Sequence record: MT446397.1
From: Escherichia virus TH23
Reading direction: 5' to 3' (one strand)
Length of the DNA stretch: 52,433 nt
Shown here: in pieces, positions 1-10,343 of the stretch
How positions within the stretch are numbered: position 1 is the stretch's first letter
Layout: every line of letters begins with the position of its first letter
Made by a program: the position numbers and the translations under genes
Notes under the pieces: generated by a model
The model's database searches: none
The model's input: only the letters and a program-made list of their open reading frames with translations
What the model was told of the DNA's origin: nothing

Positions 1-433
1 CGTGCTCTGATTGCCTTTGACCTTGACCCACTACCTAACTTGGTGTTGATTGAAAGCCGATAGGCTATAGGAAAAAGTTGGGGTAGGGACCGTATTTAAG
101 TCCGATAGGACGTTGGGCTTCCCCTCCTCGGAGATAAAATTTTAAAAATAATAATGACACAACTTCCCCCCCCCGCCACCTCAAAAATAAAATAATATCG
201 CCACAATTCTAGTCTCATTAATATTGAAACAATTCGAGTCTCATTAATTCCGTAGCAATATTTAAATTAAAAAAAAAATTATATAAAATTTTTATAACAT
301 AGTCGGGCTTCTGTTCGAACAAATTTCGGCTAGATACAGCTGACCGATTGTGAACGAGTCTATGTCCAGATACAGTTGACCGATCATTTACCATTTGGTT
401 TGAACTTTACGCATTCCTAATATTACTTTAAAT
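1..433. repeat. Direct terminal repeat, left copy (equals 52000..52433 except poly-C run of 9 vs 10)
   Basis: Window start cgtgctctgattgcc...tattactttaaat recurs at the window end; AT-rich, contains poly-C, poly-A and short internal direct repeats. True repeat may extend beyond the window edges. Confidence 0.85.
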
Positions 434-565
434 ATTGTAGCAATATTGGGAATAAGTAATATTGAAAACTTACTTATTTTATTCTAGCTCAAAGAGAAAC
501 GACGCTAACGCATCGAATCTCTTCTCACATATTAACTGACAAACGTCAGCCTTCACCATACCCAA

Positions 566-1684
566 TCATAATTCAAATCCACCTAGAGCATCAGTATCAA
601 CTTCGGAGTCAATTTGCCCGACCAGATAGGAACTAATCTCCGTTTCCTGTGGAGCAACCTGTACAGCATCCGAATTCAACCATGCGTTAATCCACGGAAT
701 CGGGTTAGTTGCACCTTTGAATGGAGCATCTAATCCAACTGCTTGCATACGAATATTCGTGATATATTCCACATACCCGCACAGAATTTGCTTGTTTAAG
801 CCAATCATGGAGCCATCTTTGAACAGATAATCGGCCCAATCTTTCTCTTGTTGAGCAGCATCTTCGAACAATTTCTGGCACTCTTCACGGCATTCTTGGG
901 CAATTTCACCCATTTCTGGGTCATCTTTACCACTCGCAAGAATATTCAACATGTGCTGAGTTCCGGTCAAATGGAGTGCTTCATCTCGTGCAATCAGTCG
1001 AATAATCTTGGCATTTCCTTCCATTAACTTGCGTTCAGCGAAGGCAAATGAGCAAGCAAAACTAACATAGAAGCGAATTGCTTCAAGTGCGTTGATAGAC
1101 ATGAGGCATAAATAGAGCTTCCTCTTCAACTCACGAAGACTAATTTCATGACCAGCATGGTTCCCTTCTCCGAACAATTGCCATAATGCAGTGAGTTGTT
1201 GAAGCTCGTCATAATATTGGGAGATGCCAATTGCTCGTGCTTTGATATGCTCGTTAGTTACAATTTCATCAAAGATAATGCTTGGGTCTGTAACGATGTT
1301 TCGAATAATGTGGGTGTAAGAACGTGAATGGATAGTCTCGGAGAAAGACCAAGTTTCAATCCAAGTTTCAAGCTCAGGAATGCTCACGATTGGGAGCAAA
1401 ACTGTGTTAGGTCCACGTCCCTGAATGGAGTCCAGAAGGATTTGATAGCGCAAATTACTGGTGAAAATGTGCTGTTCGTTTGGTGGAAGCTTCTGGTAAT
1501 CAATGCGGTCTTGTGAAACATCTACCTCTTCCGGTCTCCAGAAGAATGACAATTGTTTCTCAATCAACTTCTCGAATATGCCATACTTCTGTTGGTCATA
1601 GCGAGCAACGTTGACGTTCTGACCAAAGAACATTGGTTCTAATAGTTGGTTATTCTTGGTTTGTGAAAAGGTAGTGTAAGACAT
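566..1684 (-). CDS. nrdB: Ribonucleotide reductase class Ia beta subunit (NrdB), very close to E. coli NrdB
   Basis: 372-aa ORF nearly colinear with E. coli NrdB as recalled ([11 protein letters not shown], [18 protein letters not shown], [38 protein letters not shown], C-terminal [15 protein letters not shown]). Two-nt gap to the upstream gene. Confidence 0.93.
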   Translation of the reverse strand: MSYTTFSQTKNNQLLEPMFFGQNVNVARYDQQKYGIFEKLIEKQLSFFWRPEEVDVSQDRIDYQKLPPNEQHIFTSNLRYQILLDSIQGRGPNTVLLPIVSIPELETWIETWSFSETIHSRSYTHIIRNIVTDPSIIFDEIVTNEHIKARAIGISQYYDELQQLTALWQLFGEGNHAGHEISLRELKRKLYLCLMSINALEAIRFYVSFACSFAFAERKLMEGNAKIIRLIARDEALHLTGTQHMLNILASGKDDPEMGEIAQECREECQKLFEDAAQQEKDWADYLFKDGSMIGLNKQILCGYVEYITNIRMQAVGLDAPFKGATNPIPWINAWLNSDAVQVAPQETEISSYLVGQIDSEVDTDALGGFEL

Positions 1685-1686
1685 TA

Positions 1687-2247
1687 TTATTTATTTCCTA
1701 AATACTTATAAAATTTATGTCCACCATAGGTTCCTCTTCCAACAACTCTTTTGAAATTACATTTCTCTGTAGCTGTGCAGAAGTGGGTGGCATCGGTTAC
1801 ATCTGGGGCATCCAACAATGCGAAGCTAATTGCCACATTCATGGCGTCCCAAACCTGTTTTGATTCGGTCTTCCAATTTGTTTTAACTATGTTCTTCCAC
1901 TGAGCATTCTTCTTCTTTGCTTCTCTTGTCCAAGCAAACTGGTTGCGTTGATATACTACATCGCAAACGGTGTTAGCGAATGGCTTCCCGAATTTGATTC
2001 GATTACGGACGACATTAGCTACCAGAATCTTTCCATGTTTGCTTTCTCCACGAGCTTCAAACCAAATTACTTTGGCATAGCATTCTATATCTTTGCGTTG
2101 AGAAATAGATAGTTTCGGATTTCCATTTAAATAGGATTGACTTGCAAAATCTGTAATAGTGGCGTTCACTGCCCCAGCCGAAGCTGGGACATTTGCGTGA
2201 AACAGACTTACCAACAGAAATGCAAGAACTTGTGCTGAGGGCATCAT
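1687..2247 (-). CDS. SleB/Hydrolase_2-like cell-wall hydrolase with N-terminal signal peptide (endolysin candidate)
   Basis: 186 aa; hydrophobic N-terminus [26 protein letters not shown]; WFEARGES...VANVVRNR...QF.AW...ATHF motifs recalled from SleB-type hydrolases; directly downstream of a holin. Confidence 0.55.
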   Translation of the reverse strand: MMPSAQVLAFLLVSLFHANVPASAGAVNATITDFASQSYLNGNPKLSISQRKDIECYAKVIWFEARGESKHGKILVANVVRNRIKFGKPFANTVCDVVYQRNQFAWTREAKKKNAQWKNIVKTNWKTESKQVWDAMNVAISFALLDAPDVTDATHFCTATEKCNFKRVVGRGTYGGHKFYKYLGNK

Positions 2248-2262
2248 AGTTCCTTGTTTGCA

Positions 2263-2604
2263 TTATTTGGCCTTCTTAAACCAATTGAGTGGGTTGAGTT
2301 GTTTGATTGCAGCAGTGAAGCAATCTCGAATTGTGGTAATGATTAGGTTAGCCCCAATCAAACCAATCACCATTGCAGCGATTGTGGCATAACGTGGTTC
2401 ATCTTTGAATATGTCCACGAAGCCAGGGAGGGAGAAAACAAACGTACCAATAACCACACAAAGCAGAGCATCGAGAATTGCTTTCAGCAAGCCTTCCTTT
2501 TCATATGCCCCACGAATGAGTGCAGTCAATCCAGCCAGGAGTCCATGAAGAACTCCATACTGGTGCATTGCTTCCCAAATCATCTGGAAAGTTTGTCTAT
2601 CCAT
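2263..2604 (-). CDS. Holin, lambda S-like (three predicted transmembrane segments)
   Basis: 113 aa; three hydrophobic helices; ALIRGAYEKEG...ILDALLCVVIG resembles lambda S AYLRGRYNGG...IDATMCAII (from memory); charged C-terminal tail. Confidence 0.6.
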   Translation of the reverse strand: MDRQTFQMIWEAMHQYGVLHGLLAGLTALIRGAYEKEGLLKAILDALLCVVIGTFVFSLPGFVDIFKDEPRYATIAAMVIGLIGANLIITTIRDCFTAAIKQLNPLNWFKKAK

Positions 2605-3134
2605 TAGATTTCATTCCAGTCGATTGTCTTAGTTAAGTCCATTCGAGATACAAGGATTCGCTTCTTCTTCAATTCAAGAAGAGCTTCTTCATCACCTTTC
2701 TCTTGCATCTTGAGTTCAAATACACTATCGAGCAGAGCAATCTGTTCTGACAGGCGTGAGATTGCTTTGCCCTGACGGAACTTGTTGAACAGTATGCGGT
2801 TCTCGGTGTGAGGTACAAACTTCTTACCATCAAACTTCCAGAAGTGCATTTCTTCTGCGACACCTTCTGGCAGGGCATCCAATTCAACTATGTTTCCACC
2901 TAGCGGCGTAGCCACAGTGTCACCAGGTCCAAAGTCGATATGACGAATAGAGCCATCATTCTCATACACAACCTTGGCAGTTCCATCTTTAAGACTCTTT
3001 CGAATCTTATACCAGCACTTACCATTCTCGTCACACCCGAAGATAATTTTGTGCTCGTCCTTGAGCACTTGCTGGTTTTCAGTTAAGTTTGTGTTCTCAA
3101 CAAACCCTTTATAGTTACACAGAATAGCTGTCAT
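2604..3134 (-). CDS. Putative tail fibre assembly / chaperone-like protein
   Basis: 176-aa ORF immediately downstream of three fibre-like genes; position-based call, no diagnostic motif. Confidence 0.3.
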   Translation of the reverse strand: MTAILCNYKGFVENTNLTENQQVLKDEHKIIFGCDENGKCWYKIRKSLKDGTAKVVYENDGSIRHIDFGPGDTVATPLGGNIVELDALPEGVAEEMHFWKFDGKKFVPHTENRILFNKFRQGKAISRLSEQIALLDSVFELKMQEKGDEEALLELKKKRILVSRMDLTKTIDWNEI

Positions 3135-4467
3135 ACCATGTTCCGTTCATATATTTCTGCAATTTACGACGACCAACGTAGTCAATAAATTCATCAGAAG
3201 TTGTGTTATAGCACGATGTAATGACCCAACCAGATTCATCGCGGTAGCCAGGGCCACGCCATGCAGCAGTTTCTTGGTAGGATGCTAAACGAATGTCACT
3301 CATGAAATAGGCATTGACCCAATTCTCTCGTGCAAATCGGAAAGGACCGCCATTACCAGTGTAGTCGATGTTACCATCAAGGCCGAACATCCAGTTATGT
3401 ACTGCTCCGTCATCGCTTCGGCGTGAAATTACAGGACTTGAGAAGTCCGATGTTCTGGTGTATGCACCAAAGGAAATCCAAGAGCCATATCCATAACCAG
3501 TTGTGATTGTGTTCAATGTTGCAAGAGGAACCCAGGAATCTGGGCCAACTTCACAACTGTACACACCATAAGGAACGTTGCCATCTGCCTCTTGTCCCCA
3601 GCCACGACCCCAAGTTATGCCGCGATATTGACCAAGCAAGTGGAGCTTAAAGTCTTGACCAGTGCCAAGTAATTTAAGTTGGTTGTACCCTTCTGCGATA
3701 AGACGTGCAGTGAAGTCTAAACCAGAGTTTGCATAGTGGAAGTCAATAAACGGCGTATTGTTATACAACTCTATTGCAGCAACTTCTGTGGTGCGGTCAC
3801 GCTGCAAGACTCGTGCAAGCTCTCTCCAGTTGGCCCAATTCTGCGAGGCATCTAGTGTACGACTTCGAACCCAGACGTTGCCATAGATTGAAGTATAGCG
3901 TTGCTGAACATTATACGCAGATGGAAGAACTTCCAAAGTACCAGCCATTGCTGCCGGATAGCCGCCAGCAGAGCCAGCAACAGCATCAGACTCTTGATAG
4001 TAGATACCAACATCTGACGCACCTGTAAGCAGGTTAATGTTCATGTTTGAGGCATTCTTACAAGTCATTACAGCATGTGCTGTGTACACCCTGCTACCAG
4101 ATGTGCCTTGCGAGTAGTACATAATCGGAGGCCGTGCTGCGTTACCATGTGTTACCAAGATTGAAGCATTGCTGTTATCAGACACGCCAAGAACAGTAAT
4201 GATTACATACGCACCGCTTACAGAAGATAAGTCCCACTTCTGCAACTCTGGGGGAACGTTGACAGCAGAGTTCATCTCAACGTAGAGAACTTCACCATTT
4301 ACAAAAGTGTATGTATTGAAGTTGAAGTTTCTTACAAATGCCGTGGTTGGAATCTGGGCATTCTTTTGTCCAACAGTGATTACCTCACCACGAGCAGTAC
4401 CTGCATTTAAGAATGCAGCAGACTTTAAGGCGGCAACTAAGCCGCCAAATGACCAACCTTTAGCCAT
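3115..4467 (-). CDS. Tail fibre / receptor-binding protein (distal)
   Basis: 450 aa, G/S/T/N-rich, last of three consecutive fibre-like ORFs. Confidence 0.4.
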   Translation of the reverse strand: MAKGWSFGGLVAALKSAAFLNAGTARGEVITVGQKNAQIPTTAFVRNFNFNTYTFVNGEVLYVEMNSAVNVPPELQKWDLSSVSGAYVIITVLGVSDNSNASILVTHGNAARPPIMYYSQGTSGSRVYTAHAVMTCKNASNMNINLLTGASDVGIYYQESDAVAGSAGGYPAAMAGTLEVLPSAYNVQQRYTSIYGNVWVRSRTLDASQNWANWRELARVLQRDRTTEVAAIELYNNTPFIDFHYANSGLDFTARLIAEGYNQLKLLGTGQDFKLHLLGQYRGITWGRGWGQEADGNVPYGVYSCEVGPDSWVPLATLNTITTGYGYGSWISFGAYTRTSDFSSPVISRRSDDGAVHNWMFGLDGNIDYTGNGGPFRFARENWVNAYFMSDIRLASYQETAAWRGPGYRDESGWVITSCYNTTSDEFIDYVGRRKLQKYMNGTWYDSYSV

Positions 4468-4476
4468 TACATTACC

Positions 4477-5868
4477 TTATAAAGTGGATATTTGGTTTGG
4501 TGTCATCTTGAAATCCCAAACTCGGAAGTTACGAACCGCATAGTTTCTTGATGTTGGGCGATAGTGAATCTGTGGGTATCTTCCGACACATGCAGCAGCA
4601 GCATTCTGAGAAGTATCAGAAGCTACACGAACACCATCAACATAAATCTCAAGGCCAGTGGTTGTGCTAAGGGTTGCAACAATACGATACCAACGATTCA
4701 CCTGGGCAGGAAGATTATAGTAAATCCAATCACTAGCTCCAGAGGCATTTCGGTTAATATTAAGCTGACCTTTGTTCTGCAAATAGAAATCTATGTTCTC
4801 GTTATTCAACCCATTTAAGGAAAAGAATACGCCAACAGAATCATCACTACTCGGTGCACGAGGTGTATTAGATAGGATGTCTACACAGATTGTGCAGTCC
4901 ATAAAACCATATCCAACACCTTCATACATCACATCCAGATTATCTTGTCCAGCAGGTCGATACAAAGCACCACCGTAAGCATTGTTGAAGTACAAGCTAT
5001 CGGGGGCGTTAATTGCACCCTTTCCATAATAGATGTTGAAATCACCAATCAAATGCTGGCAGAAGTTTGGTTCTGGTACAGCATACTTTGGTTCTTCACG
5101 AGCCTTAACTTCTGCAAATGTTGCATCAGTAATGATTCGAGAGTTGGTGTTTGTTGAAGCCTTTCCAACAACTGGAACACCACTGGCATCCAGACCAATA
5201 CGTGTATCACCAGACTGCATGTAGAAGCCAGCAGGACCGAATGACAACTTTGTGGTTCCACTTGCATCAAACAACATACCTTGCTGGAACGTAACAGGTC
5301 CGGTATAAGTGCCGCCAATGATAGGTACAGCACCTGCCTGAGCAGCAGTTACTTGATGGGGATTGTTTCGGTCGTTGGCGTGACTTGCAACAAGGGCATT
5401 ATATTGAGCAATCAACGAATCGATTTGTGCTTTGTTGTATGCACCAATCATGTTGGCTGTTAGTCTGTGTGGGTTAGAAGTAACATCTGCAATGTGTGCA
5501 GAAATCTTACTAACAATATCGTCGTAGTCATAACGAGATACTTGAATCGCACTTGCAGCCCACTGCCCTAAGTTCTGGCTAGGGCGCAGAGTACGACTAG
5601 GAGAACCAACAGTTGCAACATAAACAGTTCGAGTTGCATCATCCCACACAAGGGAACCAAGTCCGTACTGAACATCGGTTCCCCATTCGAAGACACCACG
5701 TTCAGCTAATGCCAGAAGAGTAGTGTCAACCTTATACTGCAAATAGTTAAGAACCTGGAAGGTTGGGATTTCTGCAATCCACCCTTGAAGATATTTAGCA
5801 TCTCCTGGGTCACGCCGTAAGTTGGCGTTGTTCGAAGTCCAGACTCTATTAAGTTTTGGTCTTAACAT
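4477..5868 (-). CDS. Tail fibre protein
   Basis: 463 aa; NPHQVTAAQAGAVP motif typical of phage tail fibres; repetitive beta-rich composition. Confidence 0.55.
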   Translation of the reverse strand: MLRPKLNRVWTSNNANLRRDPGDAKYLQGWIAEIPTFQVLNYLQYKVDTTLLALAERGVFEWGTDVQYGLGSLVWDDATRTVYVATVGSPSRTLRPSQNLGQWAASAIQVSRYDYDDIVSKISAHIADVTSNPHRLTANMIGAYNKAQIDSLIAQYNALVASHANDRNNPHQVTAAQAGAVPIIGGTYTGPVTFQQGMLFDASGTTKLSFGPAGFYMQSGDTRIGLDASGVPVVGKASTNTNSRIITDATFAEVKAREEPKYAVPEPNFCQHLIGDFNIYYGKGAINAPDSLYFNNAYGGALYRPAGQDNLDVMYEGVGYGFMDCTICVDILSNTPRAPSSDDSVGVFFSLNGLNNENIDFYLQNKGQLNINRNASGASDWIYYNLPAQVNRWYRIVATLSTTTGLEIYVDGVRVASDTSQNAAAACVGRYPQIHYRPTSRNYAVRNFRVWDFKMTPNQISTL

Positions 5869-7067
5869 TATCGTCTCGCAAGCATAGAGATTTGGTTGGC
5901 AGAAAGTCTTGGATATACGGCAAAGAATCTTAGAGCCATAACAGTCTTATCTGCAAATAAGTTATTATCAATGTAGTCCTTCAAATCAAGTCCGTCAGGG
6001 AAGTTGAAGGAATCACCATCAGCAGTTCGCATGACCACATCGACTTCATCGGTAGTAACCACAACAACCACAGTGGTCGGTATATCCAGAATAGGACCAA
6101 AGAATTTCAACCCATTGTCAGAGATTTTAAATCCACCATACCAAAACTCTGGGTCAATGGTTGTCTCGACAGTCCACAAACCAACAGACTCTGCGTCATT
6201 AATATCTTCATGGAAGTTGGCACGGAGCATTGGCACAGGAAGTGCAAACTGATTACCATACTTAATGTTGAAGCTGTTGTAGTTTGCTTCTGTGATGATT
6301 TCAAAAGCACCCGCAGAGTTGATGAACCACGCGTGTCCACCACTGTCCACACCGATTGCAGTAGTTCCGTTGACCAATTCAAATACGCCGGTAGAATCAT
6401 TTCGATGTGCATATTGTGAAACACCGCTACCAGCATATGCTTCTTCAGTGAAGACTATCGGACCTGTGAAGGTTCCACCAGATGTTGGAAGTGTTCCAAG
6501 TTGTTCTGGAGTTACCCTGTGAACAGATGCACCAGTTCTGGAGATGTGATACGGGATTGTTGTAACTCGTTCGTCACTGGCAAACCTGTCATACACATAA
6601 TCTTGAAGGTAGGTTCCATCAACAATTGTGTCTACAGTATCCTTGTGCGGGTTCTGTTCTGCCATGTGGGCATTGAACGTGTTCTTGAGATATTGGACCT
6701 TTTCACTATACTGAACGAGGTTAGTCTCAAGAACTTCCTGCCACCCACTTCCAGAGGTTGAAGGATTTATATTCCCAGGAATCTCTTCCCGCTTCTGATA
6801 AATCTTACCATCAACTAATGCAAAAGCACCGAGTGAGTATGTTACAGTGTCGCACCATTGAAGTATGCCACCAAGCAACATCTCTCGAATCTTGACGTCA
6901 GTGATTTGAGTTAAGAAGTTCTGCCATTGTTCAGGAGGCTTTTCAGCTTCCCAACCAACAGTGGCATATCGGTCTGGAATATAGGATGGTGCAGTTGTAT
7001 CCAAGTCGGGGTCAAGTGCTTCGCCATCCTGCGCCCAATATTCTGGGTAATTCAAACGATTTGTCAT
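5868..7067 (-). CDS. Tail fibre protein (proximal, gpH-position)
   Basis: 399 aa; follows gpI-like baseplate gene in P2-like order; NPHKDTVDT segment similar to fibre motif. Confidence 0.45.
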   Translation of the reverse strand: MTNRLNYPEYWAQDGEALDPDLDTTAPSYIPDRYATVGWEAEKPPEQWQNFLTQITDVKIREMLLGGILQWCDTVTYSLGAFALVDGKIYQKREEIPGNINPSTSGSGWQEVLETNLVQYSEKVQYLKNTFNAHMAEQNPHKDTVDTIVDGTYLQDYVYDRFASDERVTTIPYHISRTGASVHRVTPEQLGTLPTSGGTFTGPIVFTEEAYAGSGVSQYAHRNDSTGVFELVNGTTAIGVDSGGHAWFINSAGAFEIITEANYNSFNIKYGNQFALPVPMLRANFHEDINDAESVGLWTVETTIDPEFWYGGFKISDNGLKFFGPILDIPTTVVVVVTTDEVDVVMRTADGDSFNFPDGLDLKDYIDNNLFADKTVMALRFFAVYPRLSANQISMLARR

Positions 7068-7708
7068 TGGTTCTCCGGTGGATAAACTTTAGAGACGTAT
7101 GGAAGGTCAATAGCACCACCATTGTCTGCAAGGGTTATGGAGATGCCAACAGGTTTAAAGTCTGGCAGCATGTAAGCTAACAAGACTTTCTCAGCAACTG
7201 ACAAGGTATTATGAACCTGATAGTGTAACGTCTGGAACCCTTCAACAATTTCAAGATTCAAGTTACGACCAAGAACAAGGTCTACATAAACAATCAGTTC
7301 TTCGATTGTACAGCTTCCGACAATCTTGCGAATACGAGCACGTATCGCATCTTTAAGCTGAGTGTCGGTACGAACAAAGTCACCAGAGTCTCGGTCACTA
7401 TCTGACTTCAAGACACCACCAACGCCAGGATTATTGTCATCTCCAGCAGGGAATGCACTTGGGTCAGAATAGAAGCCGAAGTACCCAAGTGGTGCAGCAC
7501 CATAGATAGTACGGCTGGCACCAACGAGATATGCAATATCATCAACCATGACGCCGAATGAATCAGCAAGGTAGCGATATTTAACAGACTCTTCTTGAGC
7601 ATTTTGAACGAGCTTTAACTCGTCCAAGAAAATCTGGATATATGCCCGTAAGTTTGGAGAATCGCTATACTGCATTAGCAGCATATCTAAACCAGATTTA
7701 CCAGCCAT
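7064..7708 (-). CDS. Baseplate protein, P2 gpI-like (by position)
   Basis: 214 aa, between J-like and fibre genes. Confidence 0.35.
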   Translation of the reverse strand: MAGKSGLDMLLMQYSDSPNLRAYIQIFLDELKLVQNAQEESVKYRYLADSFGVMVDDIAYLVGASRTIYGAAPLGYFGFYSDPSAFPAGDDNNPGVGGVLKSDSDRDSGDFVRTDTQLKDAIRARIRKIVGSCTIEELIVYVDLVLGRNLNLEIVEGFQTLHYQVHNTLSVAEKVLLAYMLPDFKPVGISITLADNGGAIDLPYVSKVYPPENQ

Positions 7709-7716
7709 GATTAACC

Positions 7717-8871
7717 TTATGGTGTTTCAGTGAAAATTACAGATGCAGTTGTAGCTTCCGCTTTCTTATCAATGTCCAGTTCGATTGTAGCAATTCCAGT
7801 AGGACTTGCAGAAGTACCAATGAACAATGAATCAACCTGAACACCATTAGTGGCATCCATGATAGGCTTGAAACATTCTGACCAGATAACAGAATCACCT
7901 GGGTTCAGGGAGTTGATGTAATCCATCATAGCTGTTTGTAACTGACGGGCAGCATCATTGGAACTAATGTTAGAACCAGGGCGACGCTTGAATGTACCAG
8001 TTACATAAATGATTTCATCTTCTGGACGACTGAACTTAACTTCGTGTGGATAACCTTTACTGTCATAAATAGACACAGATGTAGTCCCATGAGTTGGGAC
8101 ACCGCCCGTTTTGGAAGAGTAGATTCGACGAGCAATTTCGTCTTCTGTTCCACCCTCTACGACAACAAAGACTGTACCCGAAGGCTGAGTCCCAATAGGA
8201 GCGCCGGTATCATTATCACGAATACGAAGGTAAGATAGATTAAGGTCAGCGAGTGCAGCGTAAATAGCTTCAACAAAGGCCGAACCGCTGTGCGCAGTAG
8301 TCCTGTCACGGCGAGTACGAAGTGCTGGGTCAGACTCATAATCCACACCTGTTTGACCAATCTCTGGGTTGTTAACTGATTCCCAACCTGCGACTGGTGT
8401 ATTGATTTTATTAACAGTGTCGGCAGCAATATAATATTCACCAGTTTCTGTGGCTACTGCCGTAACAGTTCCTGGAATAATGCAATCATATTGCGTCTCA
8501 AAATCCATTGTTCCATCACTGACAATAGAGCCAGCAGGAACAAGGGTGCCAGCCTGACCAGCACAACGGACACCAACACGAGAAGGCCAGTTGACCAATC
8601 GTTTAGTGAATGTCAGTTCACAGATGTTGTCCAGACCAATCTTCTGCATTGCACCAGGACGATAGGCATTGTATACCATTTCAGCCTGTTGCCAGCACTT
8701 AGAGATTTCTTCCGAAATGATTCCAATAACCTGACCATCTGGGCCTTCTGGACTAATGTCAAAGTTGGCACCAAACACGCTAAGGAATCTGCTATTAATG
8801 TGCGACACGATTTCTTGAACAGGCTTCTGTACGAACCCGTTTTCAGTCACGCCGTACTGGATTGTTGCCAT
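7717..8871 (-). CDS. Baseplate J-like protein
   Basis: 384 aa; size and position in a V-W-J-I gene order; general resemblance to Baseplate_J family. Confidence 0.5.
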   Translation of the reverse strand: MATIQYGVTENGFVQKPVQEIVSHINSRFLSVFGANFDISPEGPDGQVIGIISEEISKCWQQAEMVYNAYRPGAMQKIGLDNICELTFTKRLVNWPSRVGVRCAGQAGTLVPAGSIVSDGTMDFETQYDCIIPGTVTAVATETGEYYIAADTVNKINTPVAGWESVNNPEIGQTGVDYESDPALRTRRDRTTAHSGSAFVEAIYAALADLNLSYLRIRDNDTGAPIGTQPSGTVFVVVEGGTEDEIARRIYSSKTGGVPTHGTTSVSIYDSKGYPHEVKFSRPEDEIIYVTGTFKRRPGSNISSNDAARQLQTAMMDYINSLNPGDSVIWSECFKPIMDATNGVQVDSLFIGTSASPTGIATIELDIDKKAEATTASVIFTETP

Positions 8872-9218
8872 GTTAAGTAATCCTCAAGATTCCCGTAATC
8901 GGAGATAGCAATGAAAGAAATTCTCACTTCACGCTCACGGAAATCAGCATCAATGTTTATAGAGATAAGTTGTTGAACACCAGGAGTGCTTCGAATGACA
9001 TTGGCGATAGCCGCCTCAATGTCGGCAGTTCGAACAGTTTTAGTGAAGATTCCTTCAAACCAAGGAAGACCAGTGGTCGGGTCATGTTTCCATTCTCCGA
9101 ACACCGTCAGTAATCTGCACTTAACTATTTGAGCAACTTCTTCTACACCACCAACCCTGGTTGCACCACGACCAATAATAATATCGTGGTTAGAATCTAA
9201 TAGTAAGTTTCCAGCCAT
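8847..9218 (-). CDS. Baseplate wedge protein, gpW/gp25-like
   Basis: 123 aa, between spike-like and J-like genes. Confidence 0.4.
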   Translation of the reverse strand: MAGNLLLDSNHDIIIGRGATRVGGVEEVAQIVKCRLLTVFGEWKHDPTTGLPWFEGIFTKTVRTADIEAAIANVIRSTPGVQQLISINIDADFREREVRISFIAISDYGNLEDYLTWQQSSTA

Positions 9219-10012
9219 TATTTCATCGGCCCTACATCGCCGCCTTCTGGGTTAGTGTGAGTGTGTTCGTTAACCGTGACCCCGTTAATGGTGAACGTAC
9301 CCTGTTGAATCATGTTGCCTGTGATGGACATTGTTCCACCACCACTGCCACCGGAAACGGACATTCCACCAAGTACAGTGAGTGATTTGGTAACTGTTGT
9401 GTCGCCATCCAGAAGGATTTGCGGCGAGATAACAGACGCTTTCTCTGTCGCTTCAATTACTATCTCCGAATCTTTCGTGATTGTAATCTTTGCAGCACCA
9501 GTAATAAGTTCTACCTTTCCGTCACCATGAAGTGTCAGACGTTGGTCACGACTTGCATTTCGGAGTTCAGTAACTCCTGCATTAAATCCTGGTATTGCAC
9601 CTGGAATTGGTTGTGTCCCAATAATGCACACAGCAGAATTGTGGGAGAACAATTGGCTGAATGCTGGGGCAGGTCTTCCACCAATCATGCCAGCAGAGTC
9701 TTTATTCTCTGCCAGCCAATGTTCGATTCCACGTTGAGCAAAATGAACATAGCAAGGAGTACCATCTGGGACTGGATGCGTTAAACTCCAGCCACCACCC
9801 TGAATGAATTGTACGGGAACATTTCTGAGCCGCTTCTTCTTCTCCAGGGTGTAGGCATTGGTGTAGCCTGTGAATAGGTTTTCGATTGCAAGCTGCACCT
9901 CACATGTTTGAGTTACAGCATCGAAGTTATAAATATGGCCTGGGTATCCTGTGTTAACAGTTGCAGACTTTACATCGTTGTTATGACTCGCCACGTTCAA
10001 GCACACTCGCAT
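9218..10012 (-). CDS. Baseplate central spike, gpV-like
   Basis: 264 aa; G/S-rich beta-helix-like C-terminal half (SGGSGGGTMSITGNMIQQGTFTINGVTV). Confidence 0.45.
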   Translation of the reverse strand: MRVCLNVASHNNDVKSATVNTGYPGHIYNFDAVTQTCEVQLAIENLFTGYTNAYTLEKKKRLRNVPVQFIQGGGWSLTHPVPDGTPCYVHFAQRGIEHWLAENKDSAGMIGGRPAPAFSQLFSHNSAVCIIGTQPIPGAIPGFNAGVTELRNASRDQRLTLHGDGKVELITGAAKITITKDSEIVIEATEKASVISPQILLDGDTTVTKSLTVLGGMSVSGGSGGGTMSITGNMIQQGTFTINGVTVNEHTHTNPEGGDVGPMK

Positions 10013-10343
10013 CTACAATGAAGAGGAACATTTGTCGCCAAGTGTAGACCTCTTCTCCTGGGCTTACAGTATTCGTAACGTACATGTTCGGAAGTGGTGT
10101 ACTGTATTGCTTAAGAATATCAATACCACCACGAATTGGGATTCCGTAAATCTTTTCAGATGCACCCCAAGCAAGGTCAAACATGTAACAGTTTAAATAC
10201 TCGTTTAAATACAATGCAGACATTTTGACTGTGATTCCACGAAACTCAAAAGATACATCCTTTGAAATATCGTATGGAACAGTCTTCACATATCCTGGAG
10301 GGAGTAGTGATAATATTTCTTGCAGTGCTTGTTGTTCTGTCAT
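9981..10343 (-). CDS. Hypothetical tail/baseplate protein
   Basis: 120-aa ORF inside the structural operon. Confidence 0.3.
   Translation of the reverse strand: MTEQQALQEILSLLPPGYVKTVPYDISKDVSFEFRGITVKMSALYLNEYLNCYMFDLAWGASEKIYGIPIRGGIDILKQYSTPLPNMYVTNTVSPGEEVYTWRQMFLFIVDASVLERGES

Noticed and set aside
2057-2887. Small overlapping minus-strand ORFs 2057..2263 and 2669..2887
   Set aside because: Alternative frames inside the hydrolase and fibre-assembly genes; no independent support.
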